Shown in pieces: positions 45,401 to 54,507 of a DNA stretch of 64,000 nt. The notes below the pieces were generated by a model that saw only the letters and a program-made list of their open reading frames with translations, did no database searches and was not told the DNA's origin. The translations under genes and the position numbers were made by a program. Within the stretch, counting starts at the first letter, position 1, and every line of letters begins with the position of its first letter. Origin of the DNA: a virus. Its lineage: Duplodnaviria > Caudoviricetes. The stretch covers positions 1 to 64,000 of the IMG/VR virus record IMGVR_UViG_3300033475_000009; one strand, given 5' to 3'.

Positions 45401-46989
45401 AAGTTAGTACTTTACTAGCTACTAATAAGGGTATAGGATCTACCTTTGATGATCTGGATAGAATATATAATGCTTTTAATGCATTAAAAAATCCTTTAAA
45501 TAATGCTTTTGGTAATATCTTTAAAGCCATTAAAGAAAATAAGAATTTATCTTTTAATTTAAATTCTATTGATAAAATAGATACTGAAGTACTATCTAAA
45601 GTATTCTTAAGTAGATCAGGATTTATGACTAATTTAAGAGAATTATTTACTCCTTCTCTAAAGAAAAATGACATAAATTTAGATAAAGACTTTAGTGGTT
45701 TCTTAATAAGTAATATATTAAAACATAATAGAAATACTGATTTATTTGCAGCTACAGAATTAGCTTTACCTAATAATCAAAGTAGTATAGTTAGTAAGTA
45801 CTATAACTTATTAAAACAATATCCCGAATTTAAGAATAATATTCTAGTTAAGTTCTTAACTACTGAAAGAGGAGATAATGTAAAACCTGATTTATTATAC
45901 TTTAATCAAAGTATTAAGCTAAATGGCAAATCTCTTGAAAATTTAACAGATGGTTATAGAGAATTACTACAATCAGATAATGAAGAAATTTCTTCCTTTG
46001 CTAAAGATATGTTTTATTATCTATTAGTTAAAGATAATATGAAATTTACAGTTAATAGTTTTGGTAGACTAGTAGCTCCTGAAGTATTTGAACAGCTTTC
46101 TAATGAGCTTAAAGTAGCTGTAGAAGGTATTATGGAACAGGATGATACTAAACTAAAATCTATAACTGGAAAGAGTTTTAATACTCTTAGAAATGAATTT
46201 ATAGATACTTATACCAGATGGATAGGTAATATAGATAAATTTGAAAACTATCATCCAAAAATCTTAAAAGGTATGGGATTATCCACTACTAGAACAGAGA
46301 ATAAAGAATTAATATTAGGAGTTAAAGATGAATCTAAATTTACTAAAAGTAAATTCTTTATGAATGGATTTCCTGAATTTTTAAGATCTGATAGTTCTAT
46401 GTATAGATTAATAGAAAATAACGATTATTCAGCTAAATATGCTTATAAATCTCCTATTGGATTATCTATTATATCTCCTTATCATTTAGATTTAGAGACT
46501 AATAAAACTTTATTTAATCATAGAAATGAATTATTAAACACTCCTAAGACAGATAATCAGGATGTGGATTTTACTCCTAATGTAAATATGAGAACTTCTA
46601 TAGTAGGAGATTCAGAAGCTGTTAAACCTGAAGAATATATAGATGATACTACAATAGATGATCAGCCTATAATAATTACAGATAATACAGAACCTAATTA
46701 TAAATATAGTCTAGATCAACCTATAAATATTTTAGAAAGTAATGTCTTAACTAAGCCTTCAGACAAGTTAGAAGGAAGTATAAATGAAGCTCTAGAACAG
46801 AATATCACTAAATATTTTGAAAATTTCTATTATAACTTAAGTAATGAAGATAAATCTAGATTAGCCAATAAAGGAGTACCTAGATTATCTAGTCCTGGAG
46901 ATATTATTAAAGATTTTAATAAAGTTAAAAGTGCTTATAATAATGATTATAATAAGTATTTAGAGTATATTCGTAATTGTAGATTATAA
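36448..46989 (+). CDS. virion-packaged DNA-dependent RNA polymerase polyprotein (3513 aa)
   Basis: RLPCQGYSSM and AGSDYDVDSL (DxDxD at 44347-44361); double-psi barrel RNAP motifs; size and position typical of crAss-like phages. Confidence 0.9.
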   Translation: MPDPKEKKSSFNNIDYKSIANNIVSSDPAFNPSQYEGKLDLKSSTLEGGVPAALVGNPSADEYLAELKAKRQGLLDKFANGTLQAANTAVVGTIGNTAGVINGLVDLADNKSFFDNPTFKFMDEWDESVKEAFPLYRSKKEMIGSVGDRVLDKDFLFGDIFQGLGFVGSSLIPGAGWSRAGKVARGAILANRLNRLEQLVAKGAVTTAEYNNLSKFIKTTDDIISTTSNLGAATMGRMYESRLEAKDVYDQTYNSSYDKKLDELRTSGLSDDQAMIQADNYATKKATDARNYSFGANMLLSIPDFYQYTKIFGGIGNKVNTVNKIASKTASETIEQGSKGLLGKATNLLGKAIKNEKLAVAGTEALEEGTQYNIAETAKKLAERDYDFNVSNFVDEFINQSIQNISSPEFLTSSLAGAVIGGGLGFIGNNNNTDNPNLKNSIQAVQENSDLLKSTEKARDGFSKFTQLEQNKTELAEKIANKDTKEEDKVRAEVSHRQLDNLSFAQSVKQNVESGKLDNYLMELETIGNNTKEQITSDFGTTSFEYKSNGDELSPKEVIDKKIQRAKRQAAVYQDIQTKFNNLSQVSKDELYNLQVTTDYNREKLGVVTGMIDRLTLEKQNSELSKIPFTAEKQSDLNNLNKEKEYLIEDQKKIDERFLDIKSGKAEDRKLKTDNLPTPSIPKVKQEQVETPIETIKASKEGKYKGSNIEVLSKTPIGDRITFRVEGNNSKISLSEEEFNKQVLSKGSDTNYNTGDTVILSDGKNVIDTSKLSNNRKELGTVSFFNSPIEFKSNTILDRKNEILSDPNWKSKFRIKVTDFYAKNKPLATKAYSNSEVHTYTNGGDNAIDIILEYNDTIDDKDNWVTYGSLPYSGMIRDSKGKPYDLSTMNYSDFVSKFYIAKIIDSNGVEQTIEYTPDQFSQLKIEQSKFNEFEELLKQQFNKNNKEEAILPTNVVDTRISYFVNSVDTLLNNILTNPEFTNSKLLVISDGKINKDLTNTDRRLAIPDYLTETYGTNNKTFINVELPNGVSFWTIAYVKGNNKKLESEIIADLIGLITNYSKISVNPENDNKVNNIIKDINSKLFISNSLSSYLSFRAYPLEDKTGYKIKVQLKTDAGTKYIDIFNPEITVKSDGTSLTINDLNSYFSFDNLSTLINSGFSKLGSPININAENFISNNTKGNPKLEDLTVPIGSLNYNIKLEYNSNNLPTLTSSETLDKSTNKDLDNEVENDVADLVAKSKEKKKTKFSLEYNSIDNTKVSRQYLENIATKINSQYNLNVSIEPVFDNSGRPVKGKFENGTVYLNPQFATEDTPIHEVIHPFISIIEDKNPLLYKNLIKEMKASSIGKRVLQSVTDNYSDLTDTELEQEALVSLIGYYASGVIPNEERDLISVIKALFKKIASYIKSIFNRDIDPSDIATTTTISDLSDIIVNSNIDLGTVITRDSKEAKLDLLSANDSNKLINTVGAKTVLRIDTRPTKENLKPIINSIIEQTKLENNTRNIDASNIEDLEERKAYKLKRHLVYEALNIQDNVDSIIKSVTEDILKMHYSEEGTYSEEDDTVQNVNDEADIRDYEEGVENSGGWNNVDPEVRNFIYYNTYTYIDEAGYEITEAIDGVNVYKTIQSSLADKDPSEFISILEVISKYDLQLKSVLDNFKVKTGYGIEGTKTLSQSNFYNKFFKAFENSKLEYVQVFESKKGDLIVNSANKSMTAGRLFSRWKNNFIVNKDTLKVNSDKLNKIINDIGSEVISSPIDIVNSLYTGLNNIGIGVSKPFIEYSFISESPLSTFEKEGVIKLDINTIKRLLTSIKKDIDIFDKGEKGSTGLLYEIAEADAIFRTDAIEDTYRDSRGKLRNSFTKQNLITKAISTWKRNIQDSDFIRSIKGDKNNYYHYNYLFNNKLFDSEAQLKEVFKNADLALIGDIRSGKDKYTTRNIVTDAFSKMQIALFRNATSPKDISDNSSFKFDPRTDSRQKFAFVDFGKISDKNTEIALRLPIDNRFFDGKEFTSWYIDQLYDTIFLQEYNKLKNYETKGRLYYSKDKPLTLNPNVIKNNKLGNGWMNLSVLNNSVIDQFSTTNNKPEYLELKDLLKVEDLSTKKELVKKYLNETFTKSFKDYLNILLSEGSINKDSDLVELGNMYANNYILRTSFQQLVKGDLAVSKDLDDDLKRNGRVTAYGDSGIDFTGDKTNTYKVLYMTEAINYKIKEDNNFRDLTPEENKLREEGKEVKGLIEINSDDAGVRMTVKHFIDTLQRLGRLDDNTLKILTKLDNGEHLTPGEINKIDLIPLKGVHGGLDKYFKMSQLCLTKELTSVKDKDGNWIPRLGREQLHNMRELMERNNIGLAMPKSASKSISKSLFNQKQLFESSDFDITEHSEDVSWEDWRLQVENQSGKIEISQPVQILQMIDGSSKISQDIKDKLQTLYEQQREADINDAMNIATGNTVFGKQALVDKFYDNAISSAADANTLEYLSGNEGEFKYNPNLPHIAFTFENYYTSHFNKGVLAQKVAGYKCTLAPSTGIKVLRNTQTGDIVRSDAYEANKTEFKGKEYQVSELRIHSGISPYAECLMTKSQAQKLGLVIGDSIDQEVFKMVGTRLPCQGYSSMIPIKIVDFLPEYYGSTIIAPEEIVYIAGSDYDVDSLFIMRKEAYLDKEGNTRYYTYNESNNDLRWNDYYNYLTTANKNVVSKIRQGMPVEEALKAYNYSSTKEEFLAKEKETGKFFNSKYSVTNEIVNIYEQILTDPKMLPDLQEPVTTSGFDIIGKAIYFGLFNEGSKMNYFHNSDKALKKHFELATQGKRDVGPAALGSSISSFFKKHKVTLNEGDEKRNIPSWHFMFNNKLVNNFYEDDVIDFDFVYKDGKPVLNEEGMPLTTDIATVSKQEVHSGLISITVDNQKDPVCFMLNLDETNTAIASTMIHLGIGGKGFIATLMNSGPVKYGIGNPFEGNRNQVTKESLVKSMMGKASEKEENDIAALYKHLSNISSSTFKVSTLLATNKGIGSTFDDLDRIYNAFNALKNPLNNAFGNIFKAIKENKNLSFNLNSIDKIDTEVLSKVFLSRSGFMTNLRELFTPSLKKNDINLDKDFSGFLISNILKHNRNTDLFAATELALPNNQSSIVSKYYNLLKQYPEFKNNILVKFLTTERGDNVKPDLLYFNQSIKLNGKSLENLTDGYRELLQSDNEEISSFAKDMFYYLLVKDNMKFTVNSFGRLVAPEVFEQLSNELKVAVEGIMEQDDTKLKSITGKSFNTLRNEFIDTYTRWIGNIDKFENYHPKILKGMGLSTTRTENKELILGVKDESKFTKSKFFMNGFPEFLRSDSSMYRLIENNDYSAKYAYKSPIGLSIISPYHLDLETNKTLFNHRNELLNTPKTDNQDVDFTPNVNMRTSIVGDSEAVKPEEYIDDTTIDDQPIIITDNTEPNYKYSLDQPINILESNVLTKPSDKLEGSINEALEQNITKYFENFYYNLSNEDKSRLANKGVPRLSSPGDIIKDFNKVKSAYNNDYNKYLEYIRNCRL

Positions 46990-47001
46990 AATATAAAACA
47001 T

Positions 47002-47406
47002 ATGCTATTAATAGAAACATATCTTAGAGAAGTATCAGGTAAAGGTATAGGACTCTTTACTAAAAATGATTTATTTGAAGGTCAAATAATTTATGAAGAC
47101 TGTAATATATTTTCAAAAACATTTACAGCGGAAGAATTTAGCTCTCTATCTATTAATCATCAGAATTTTATTAAAATTTATGGTTGTTATATAGAAAAAC
47201 ATAATACTTGGTATTTAGATACAGATAATGGTAGATTTATGAATCATTCTGAAAATCCAAATGTATCTTATGATTGGGGAACATATCTAGAAGGAGGTAA
47301 AGGTACTATGGTAGCACTAAAAAATATTCCAGCAGGTACAGAATTATGTTCTAATTATAGACTACATAGTGATCAATATAAAGATACTCTATTAACATTT
47401 AAATAA
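47002..47406 (+). CDS. SET-domain lysine methyltransferase
   Basis: GKGIGLFTKNDL, RFMNHSENPNV, VALKNIPAGTELCSNY. Confidence 0.88.
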   Translation: MLLIETYLREVSGKGIGLFTKNDLFEGQIIYEDCNIFSKTFTAEEFSSLSINHQNFIKIYGCYIEKHNTWYLDTDNGRFMNHSENPNVSYDWGTYLEGGKGTMVALKNIPAGTELCSNYRLHSDQYKDTLLTFK

Positions 47407-47407
47407 A

Positions 47408-50400
47408 ATGACTAAATGTTTTAATAAAAATCTAAAAGAGTATAAAGTATTACTTAATAAATATAAGTCAGATGCTTTAGTTAATGCTATTATAGAAAAA
47501 CATCAATATAATAAAGGTGATGATACTTATCCTACTATAGAAGAAGCTGAAGAAATATCTAAGGATAAATCTTTTACTAACTATAGTTTAATTAATAATC
47601 TTAAAAAATCATTAGCTATTAGAGTTAAAACTCTTAGAGATGAATTAAGTAAAAGAGAGATTAGTAATAAAATCTATATAGTTAATAAAACTAAAATAGA
47701 TAGGCTTCTTAGACAGATAAATAATTCTCAAGACGAACAAAGCTTTGTATACTCAGTAGAATTTGCTAATCAATATTTAAAAGATATTAAGGACTCCTTA
47801 GAAGATGGAAGATTTGATAAAGCCTCTTTATCTAATAAAGCTAGGTTTTTATCTGATGCTAGTAGATATGTCAAAACTTATGACTCTTTAAGATATATAG
47901 ATACTACTGATTTTTCAGAAAAATCTAAAAAATTGAAAGCAGATTTTAATAATGAGATAGTTATTTTAGAAAAGAAATTACAAGAGTATAAAAAAGAGAC
48001 TGCTATAAATATTGTAGAAGCTCCTTTAACTTCTGAAGAAAAAGAATTTACAGATTTCTCTGATCTACTTACTAATGAGATACAGGATATAAACTCTTTA
48101 GAATTTAGTTTTGGAGCGTTAGCTACTTCTACGAATCCAATACTTGCCAGTATTGATAGAACTTATAAAGCAGAATCAGATAAATCCAGATTAGATACTG
48201 AAGTAGATTATAAAGAACTAGTAGAATTAGATAAAGAACTTACCAAGTTACATGGTTCAGATAAATCCTTTATGTATAATATTTCTTCTGATAATAAAGT
48301 ACAAAATAAATATATAGTATCTGAAATACAACCAGAATTCTATGAACAAAGAGCCAATCTATCTAATCAGTTTCCTACAGTAGATGATAATGGAGATAGA
48401 ATAGAATACAAGTTTGTAGCTAAAGAAGATAATACATCTGAAGCTAATTCTAATAGATTACATAATTTATCTTTAAAGGATAATAAGAAAAAGAAAGGAA
48501 GTTGGTATAAAGAAAACACAGAATACACTAAAGAATTTAAAGATGAACTAGATAAATTTACTAAAGCTAAATATATACTAGTTAATACAGTAAAAGATCC
48601 TAAAGGAAATTCTTTATTTGAGGAATATAGTATTAATCCTAACTTATCTCAACATCAGTATGAACAAATAGAGTACTTTATAGAAACTCAGTTTGATGCA
48701 AGTACCTATTATAGTATAGATAAAGAAGGTAATATTATAGATATAGTAGATCCTTATGATGAAGAAGGTAAGATTAATAATAATTTAGCTGCCTGGAGAC
48801 CCAAAACTAATAATTTTAAACCTAAAGATAAATGGAATGATAGTAGATATAAAGAGTTAATGTCTGGAAGAGATGTTAAATCTGTATATTATCAAACTTA
48901 TAGGAAACTATATGAGAAATACGGTAATAAAGTACCTGAATATTCTTATAAGAATAATGAACTTATAGCTATGCAAAGAAATTGGATTGATAATTTAATA
49001 GATAATCCAAGTTTAAAAAGATTAGGTATTGGTTTATTTCCTGAATGGAAAAGTTCTAATATAAGTAATATAAAAAGAGATGAAAATGGTAATATTATAC
49101 CTATTGGACTAAAACTATTATATACAGGTAGTATAGATACTAATATACAAGATAAAATTAATGCTTTAGAAACTCAGAAACAAAAAGCTTCTACTCAGGA
49201 AGAAATAGATTCTATAGATCTTAAACTTAGTAAATTATATAGTTCAGTTGAGCTTGGTGAAATAAATACTAATCTAACAGAGTCTTTACTTAACTATATG
49301 AATATGGCTAGTAAGTATGAACTTAAAAGTAAATTAGAAAGACAGTTTAGCTTAGTACAGGATGTAGTAGAAGATTCTCAATCTTTTTCTAAAGATTATT
49401 TTACAGGTAAAATTAGACCTACTAATAATAGAATAGCTACTAGATTACAGGATTTTATTAATACTAGAATATATGATGAAGTAAGAGCTGATAGAGATTT
49501 AATTTCTACTAAAATAGCTGATACTATAAGTAAAGTAACTTCTATATCAGGTATAGGATTAGCTATTAGACCTGCATTAGGTAACACTATTACAGCTACT
49601 TTTAATAACTTTATAGAAGGGTTTGGAGGACAGTTCTATTCTACTAATAATTATCTTAAAGGTAAAAAAATAGCGACAGGTAACATTAAACAATTACTTA
49701 ATAGTTTATCTAATGGAGAACAGACTAAAGTTAATGCTCTTATAGATAGATTAGGATTGTTTGAAAAATTTAATCCTGTAAATCCTAATGATGTAGTAGA
49801 GAAACTAGATTGGAAGAGAAAAATGACTTCTGATATATTTTTTATTATGCAAAATGCCTCAGAATACTACGTACAATCTTCTGTAGCTCTAGCTATGACG
49901 CACTCTCACAGAGTAGTAGATGGTAAAATATTAACTGAGTTAGAATATAAAGATTTATATAAAAATAATGAATTTGAAAATTATCCTACCTTTTATGATA
50001 GTATAGATTTTATTGATAATGATATAAAATTTAAAAATGGTTTAGAGGTAAATAATGATAAAACAAAAGATGAAATATTTTTATTTAGTCAAAGAATAAT
50101 AGGTGTTAATCAAAAGATTCATGGTAGATACACTACAGATGATGCTAATAGGTTACAACAATTTGCTTTGGGTAGAATCTTTCAACAATTTAAAAGATGG
50201 ATCTCAGCAGCAGTAGAAGAAAGATTTACTAAGAAACATTATGATTATAGATTACGTTCAGATATAGAAGGTAGATATGTAACTATGTATAGAGTACTCT
50301 CTAATCTAAAGAAAGAAGGTTTAAAAATATTATGGGATTGGAAAAATTTAAATGAATTAGAAAAATCTAATATAAGAAAGATATATATAGAATTATCAGC

Positions 50401-50794
50401 TATTATGACTACTGGTATATTAGCTTATTTAGCTAAAAAAGCTGGAGATAATTTTGATGATGAAGATGAATATTATCTTAGAAAATTAGCTCATTTTGGT
50501 GCTTATATGAGTAATAGAACCTATAGTGAATTAACTACTTTCTATCAACCTAATGTATTATTAACAGCTTCTAATGCTCCAGTATTAGGTACTATTAAAG
50601 AGATGGGTGAATTTGGTAATGCTGTACTTATGTATCCTTTTAGAGATGAAGATACTAATCATTATAGTAGAGGTACTAATAAAGGTAGATTAAAAGTAGA
50701 AAAAGAGTTTGGAGATTTAGTACCTATATGGAAAGATATTAGTTTCTATAACTCTTTAGATGTACAGGGTAATTATTACTTTAGTATAAAATAG
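47408..50794 (+). CDS. ejected cargo protein 3 (1128 aa)
   Basis: Third large helical gene after the RNAP; HGRYTTDD...GRIFQQFKRW motif. Confidence 0.65.
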   Translation: MTKCFNKNLKEYKVLLNKYKSDALVNAIIEKHQYNKGDDTYPTIEEAEEISKDKSFTNYSLINNLKKSLAIRVKTLRDELSKREISNKIYIVNKTKIDRLLRQINNSQDEQSFVYSVEFANQYLKDIKDSLEDGRFDKASLSNKARFLSDASRYVKTYDSLRYIDTTDFSEKSKKLKADFNNEIVILEKKLQEYKKETAINIVEAPLTSEEKEFTDFSDLLTNEIQDINSLEFSFGALATSTNPILASIDRTYKAESDKSRLDTEVDYKELVELDKELTKLHGSDKSFMYNISSDNKVQNKYIVSEIQPEFYEQRANLSNQFPTVDDNGDRIEYKFVAKEDNTSEANSNRLHNLSLKDNKKKKGSWYKENTEYTKEFKDELDKFTKAKYILVNTVKDPKGNSLFEEYSINPNLSQHQYEQIEYFIETQFDASTYYSIDKEGNIIDIVDPYDEEGKINNNLAAWRPKTNNFKPKDKWNDSRYKELMSGRDVKSVYYQTYRKLYEKYGNKVPEYSYKNNELIAMQRNWIDNLIDNPSLKRLGIGLFPEWKSSNISNIKRDENGNIIPIGLKLLYTGSIDTNIQDKINALETQKQKASTQEEIDSIDLKLSKLYSSVELGEINTNLTESLLNYMNMASKYELKSKLERQFSLVQDVVEDSQSFSKDYFTGKIRPTNNRIATRLQDFINTRIYDEVRADRDLISTKIADTISKVTSISGIGLAIRPALGNTITATFNNFIEGFGGQFYSTNNYLKGKKIATGNIKQLLNSLSNGEQTKVNALIDRLGLFEKFNPVNPNDVVEKLDWKRKMTSDIFFIMQNASEYYVQSSVALAMTHSHRVVDGKILTELEYKDLYKNNEFENYPTFYDSIDFIDNDIKFKNGLEVNNDKTKDEIFLFSQRIIGVNQKIHGRYTTDDANRLQQFALGRIFQQFKRWISAAVEERFTKKHYDYRLRSDIEGRYVTMYRVLSNLKKEGLKILWDWKNLNELEKSNIRKIYIELSAIMTTGILAYLAKKAGDNFDDEDEYYLRKLAHFGAYMSNRTYSELTTFYQPNVLLTASNAPVLGTIKEMGEFGNAVLMYPFRDEDTNHYSRGTNKGRLKVEKEFGDLVPIWKDISFYNSLDVQGNYYFSIK

Positions 50795-50880
50795 TGGCTA
50801 AATTACTTATAGTTAATTATTTATACTAATATATAGAATATATTATTTAATTTTACTAGTTTTATAAAAAAATTACAGCT

Positions 50881-51210
50881 ATGTATGGATGGGATTCTTT
50901 CGCCAAGGGTTTAAATGAATTAATAAGAGCTTTTAAAGGAGGTACTAGTCTTGCAGATGAAGTAACTACTTCTACTACAGGTGCTAACTTTGTACAGTTA
51001 GCTGATCACAAATGTTATACAGTTACTATAATAAATGATTCAGGTCAAGATATTAAAGTAAAAGTAAAAACATCTACTGCTTTAATAACAGTATTTAATG
51101 GTTCTTACTTTACCTTTGATGGTATTGAAAACAGTACTAATTTATCTATAAGAAGAAAAGACTCAGTTGGTACAGGAGTTACTGTTCAGTATATTTGTAA
51201 TTCTTATTAA
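50881..51210 (+). CDS. small beta-sandwich virion protein
   Basis: Context; composition. Confidence 0.55.
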   Translation: MYGWDSFAKGLNELIRAFKGGTSLADEVTTSTTGANFVQLADHKCYTVTIINDSGQDIKVKVKTSTALITVFNGSYFTFDGIENSTNLSIRRKDSVGTGVTVQYICNSY

Positions 51211-51223
51211 TCTTTAACAAGCT

Positions 51224-53146
51224 ATGGTTACAGGACAAAAAGGAGGCTTACTTAAAACTGAGTCAAGTAATGATGTATTAAATACTGGATTAGCAGGTTT
51301 TGTAGCTAGTCCTAATACTCCTATAACTAGCTCTGATACTATTTTAACTGCTTTTGATAAAACTCAAGCTCAGTTAAACTCTATAGGTGTAGGCCCATTT
51401 GTAAAAACTGATGGAACCACTCCTCTAACAGGTAATTGGGCTGCTGGTAATTTTTATATATCCGCTCAAACTATAGGTATTAATACAGATGGTACTATTC
51501 CTATTGGTAGTTTACAAGTAGCAGGTAATCTTACTTCTACCATTAGAGGTATAGTTAATGATCAGTATTCTACTGATACTTTATCAGCTAAAATATACAA
51601 TAGAAAAGCTAGAGGTACATTTGCTTCTCCTTCTACTATAATAACTGGAGATGTAATAAGTAATTGGACTTCTTCAGCATATGATGGTACTTCATTTGTA
51701 GATACTGCCGATACAAGAATATTAAGTGCTGGCACTATAAGTACTGGAATAATACCTTCTCAGATGATGTTTAGGACGACTAATAGCTTGGGTACATTAA
51801 CCCAAGCATTAACTATAGATGAAAATCAAAATATATCTGTAGGAAATATCAATCCAGTTACTGGAATGGGAAGAGTTATACATTTGTATAATACTTCTAA
51901 CGTTGCAACATCAGCAGATAATGCATCTTTTTTAGCACAGTCAGTTAATAGAAATTCTTTATTTATAGCAAGAACTTCAGCCACTGGTACTTCATCTTTT
52001 CAACATCAATCTAATGATGGGTTAACAACTTATGGAAGTATGTTATGGTTTGCTTTAGGTGGATCCCATGTTTGGCAAATTAATTCAGATAATACTCAAA
52101 AATTAGCTATAGATACTACTGGATTTTTTTCATTAGGAACTGTAGCCACTCCAACAGCATTACTAGATGTTAATGGTGTATCTACAGCATTTTCTAAAAC
52201 TGCATGGACTACTAATGGAACTATTTTAAGAATCCGACCTTTTACTATTACAGACACAAATTCTTCTGGTACAGTTCCAGCACAATATGTAAATGTTTTT
52301 GGCGCACCAACAATTGCTGCTTCATCAACTACTGCTTATACGTTAAGTGCTAATACATTTATTGCTGGACCTACTGCTGGAACAAATGTAACTCAGACTA
52401 ATACAGCAGCTTTAGTATTAGGAGGAAATTTGTATTTTAATGCTAGTGCGACTGTTGTTGTGGGTACTTTTGATGCACAAACATTAAGTTTAAGAACAAA
52501 TAATACTACTAGACAGTCCATAACTTCAGCGGGAGCATTTACATTTTCATCTTCTGCATTTTCAGGTACACAAGCTTTCATGACCTTTACACCTGGTACA
52601 TCATCATCAGGTACATCATCGGGATTAATTTGGACAGGCGCACCTCATACTGGTCAAACTGCAAGTACTGAGATAATTGATATTAACTATGCTCTTAACA
52701 GAACTATTACATGGTCTACAGGAGCGTTGACTACTCAAAGATTCTTTTTAGTTCAAGCACCTACTATAGCATTTGCAGGAGCTAGTACAGTAACACAAGC
52801 AGCTACATTTGTTATTAGTGCAGCACCTATTGCTGGGGCTAATGCTACTATAACAGAAAGTAATGCTTTTTGGGTACAAAGTGGGCAAAGTAGATTTGAC
52901 GGAGCTATCAAAATAATTGATAATAATATTATTTTAAGCACAGTAACAGGTACTATACTTGGTACATCCACTACTCAGAAATTATCTTTCTGGAATAAAA
53001 CACCAGTAGTTCAACCTACAACATCTATAACAGCGTCTACATTTGCAGCTAACACTTCTGGAATATTGAATGATACAGCTACTTGGGATAGTTATACAAT
53101 AGGAAAAGTAGTAGCAGCTTTAAGACAAGTAGGAATTCTAGCATAA
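51224..53146 (+). CDS. tail fibre / receptor-binding protein (640 aa)
   Basis: Thr/Gly/Ala/Ser-rich beta repeats; C-terminal TQKLSFWNKTPVVQP...LRQVGILA. Confidence 0.75.
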   Translation: MVTGQKGGLLKTESSNDVLNTGLAGFVASPNTPITSSDTILTAFDKTQAQLNSIGVGPFVKTDGTTPLTGNWAAGNFYISAQTIGINTDGTIPIGSLQVAGNLTSTIRGIVNDQYSTDTLSAKIYNRKARGTFASPSTIITGDVISNWTSSAYDGTSFVDTADTRILSAGTISTGIIPSQMMFRTTNSLGTLTQALTIDENQNISVGNINPVTGMGRVIHLYNTSNVATSADNASFLAQSVNRNSLFIARTSATGTSSFQHQSNDGLTTYGSMLWFALGGSHVWQINSDNTQKLAIDTTGFFSLGTVATPTALLDVNGVSTAFSKTAWTTNGTILRIRPFTITDTNSSGTVPAQYVNVFGAPTIAASSTTAYTLSANTFIAGPTAGTNVTQTNTAALVLGGNLYFNASATVVVGTFDAQTLSLRTNNTTRQSITSAGAFTFSSSAFSGTQAFMTFTPGTSSSGTSSGLIWTGAPHTGQTASTEIIDINYALNRTITWSTGALTTQRFFLVQAPTIAFAGASTVTQAATFVISAAPIAGANATITESNAFWVQSGQSRFDGAIKIIDNNIILSTVTGTILGTSTTQKLSFWNKTPVVQPTTSITASTFAANTSGILNDTATWDSYTIGKVVAALRQVGILA

Positions 53147-53170
53147 TAACCATATAAATAAACTATATTC

Positions 53171-54238
53171 ATGAAAAAAATAATATTTTCCTTATTATTA
53201 ACACTATATTTTACAAATTTAAAAGCTCAAAGCTATGGTGGTATTATAGCCTATATAGCAAATTTCAATGATAGTACGTATAGTCTATATCAACAAAATT
53301 CACCAACAAATTTTTATGGTAATAGATTAGAATATATGTGGGTTAGTAGAAAACAAACTCACTTATATGCAAATACTATTTATTTTGATTCATCTAAATA
53401 TAGATCTGATACTCAAATATTAGGCAAACTAATGTGGGTAGATAATAACGGATTAATTAATTATAGTATTATAGATTCACTTAAATTAGGGTATAATAGT
53501 TTACCTTTTACATCTACTACCTTTTTAACTAAAGCTATAGCAGATGGATATTATTATCCTTTAAATACTAATCCTTCTGGATACTTAACTTCTATTACTA
53601 ATTCTCAAGTAATAGGTGCTATTGGATATATTCCTTATAATGGTACTTCTAATTCATTAGGATTTCTTACTAGTTCTTCACTAACTCCTTATCAATTAGT
53701 TTCTAACTTACAAAGTAATTTAATTTCTTCTTCTACTAAATACCCTTCTATAGATGCTGTAAATACAGGACTAGCTACAAAACAAAATACTATAACAGTT
53801 ACTACTATTGGAAATAGTGGAAATGCTACATTTTCAGGTAATACTCTAAATATTCCTAATTATACATATACTCCAATTACCCCTACATTTAATAATAATG
53901 TTTCTAGATCTATAAGTAATTCTACAGGTAGTATTAATCAATATACTATATCTACTACTCAAAATTCTAGAGTAACTTATACTATAACTATAACTTGGAG
54001 TATTACAGCTTTATTAGCTACCTCAGGTACAATATTTTTAGAATATTCTACTAATTCTGGTTCTACTTGGAATATTGTAGCCTCTCCAGGTAAAAGTATT
54101 AATTTAGGATTAGTGCAGTCAGGAACTGATGATTTAAGTGTATCTGGAGATATTCCAGCTAATGCTTTAGTTAGACTTAGACCTTCTAATACTAATTCTT
54201 CTTTTACTTATGTGAGAGGACAAGAAATACTATATTAA
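53171..54238 (+). CDS. fibre-like protein carrying an N-terminal signal peptide
   Basis: MKKIIFSLLLTLYFTNLKA-Q; NPSGYLTSIT repeats. Confidence 0.6.
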   Translation: MKKIIFSLLLTLYFTNLKAQSYGGIIAYIANFNDSTYSLYQQNSPTNFYGNRLEYMWVSRKQTHLYANTIYFDSSKYRSDTQILGKLMWVDNNGLINYSIIDSLKLGYNSLPFTSTTFLTKAIADGYYYPLNTNPSGYLTSITNSQVIGAIGYIPYNGTSNSLGFLTSSSLTPYQLVSNLQSNLISSSTKYPSIDAVNTGLATKQNTITVTTIGNSGNATFSGNTLNIPNYTYTPITPTFNNNVSRSISNSTGSINQYTISTTQNSRVTYTITITWSITALLATSGTIFLEYSTNSGSTWNIVASPGKSINLGLVQSGTDDLSVSGDIPANALVRLRPSNTNSSFTYVRGQEILY

Positions 54239-54261
54239 TACATTATTAAAATATATTTATT

Positions 54262-54486
54262 ATGAAAATACACTTAAAATTTAAAGAAGAAGACAAACCT
54301 CTACAGATGGGTTTAAATCAAATATTTAATTCAGAAGAATTAGATAAATTTCTATTAGATCGTTCTGAAATATTAGTAGGATATACTATCTTTGAAGATA
54401 GATCTCAAATTAATTTCACTAAAGAAGATGGTTCTATAGGAGTAGCCTATTTGACTGAAGTACCTGATGATTTTAAATTAAATTAA
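54262..54486 (+). CDS. hypothetical protein
   Basis: ORF track. Confidence 0.55.
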   Translation: MKIHLKFKEEDKPLQMGLNQIFNSEELDKFLLDRSEILVGYTIFEDRSQINFTKEDGSIGVAYLTEVPDDFKLN

Positions 54487-54507
54487 TTCAATAAAACCAA
54501 AACAATT

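Noticed and set aside
50881-54238. Diversity-generating retroelement targeting the fibre genes
   Set aside because: No reverse transcriptase and no template/variable repeat pair seen in the window.
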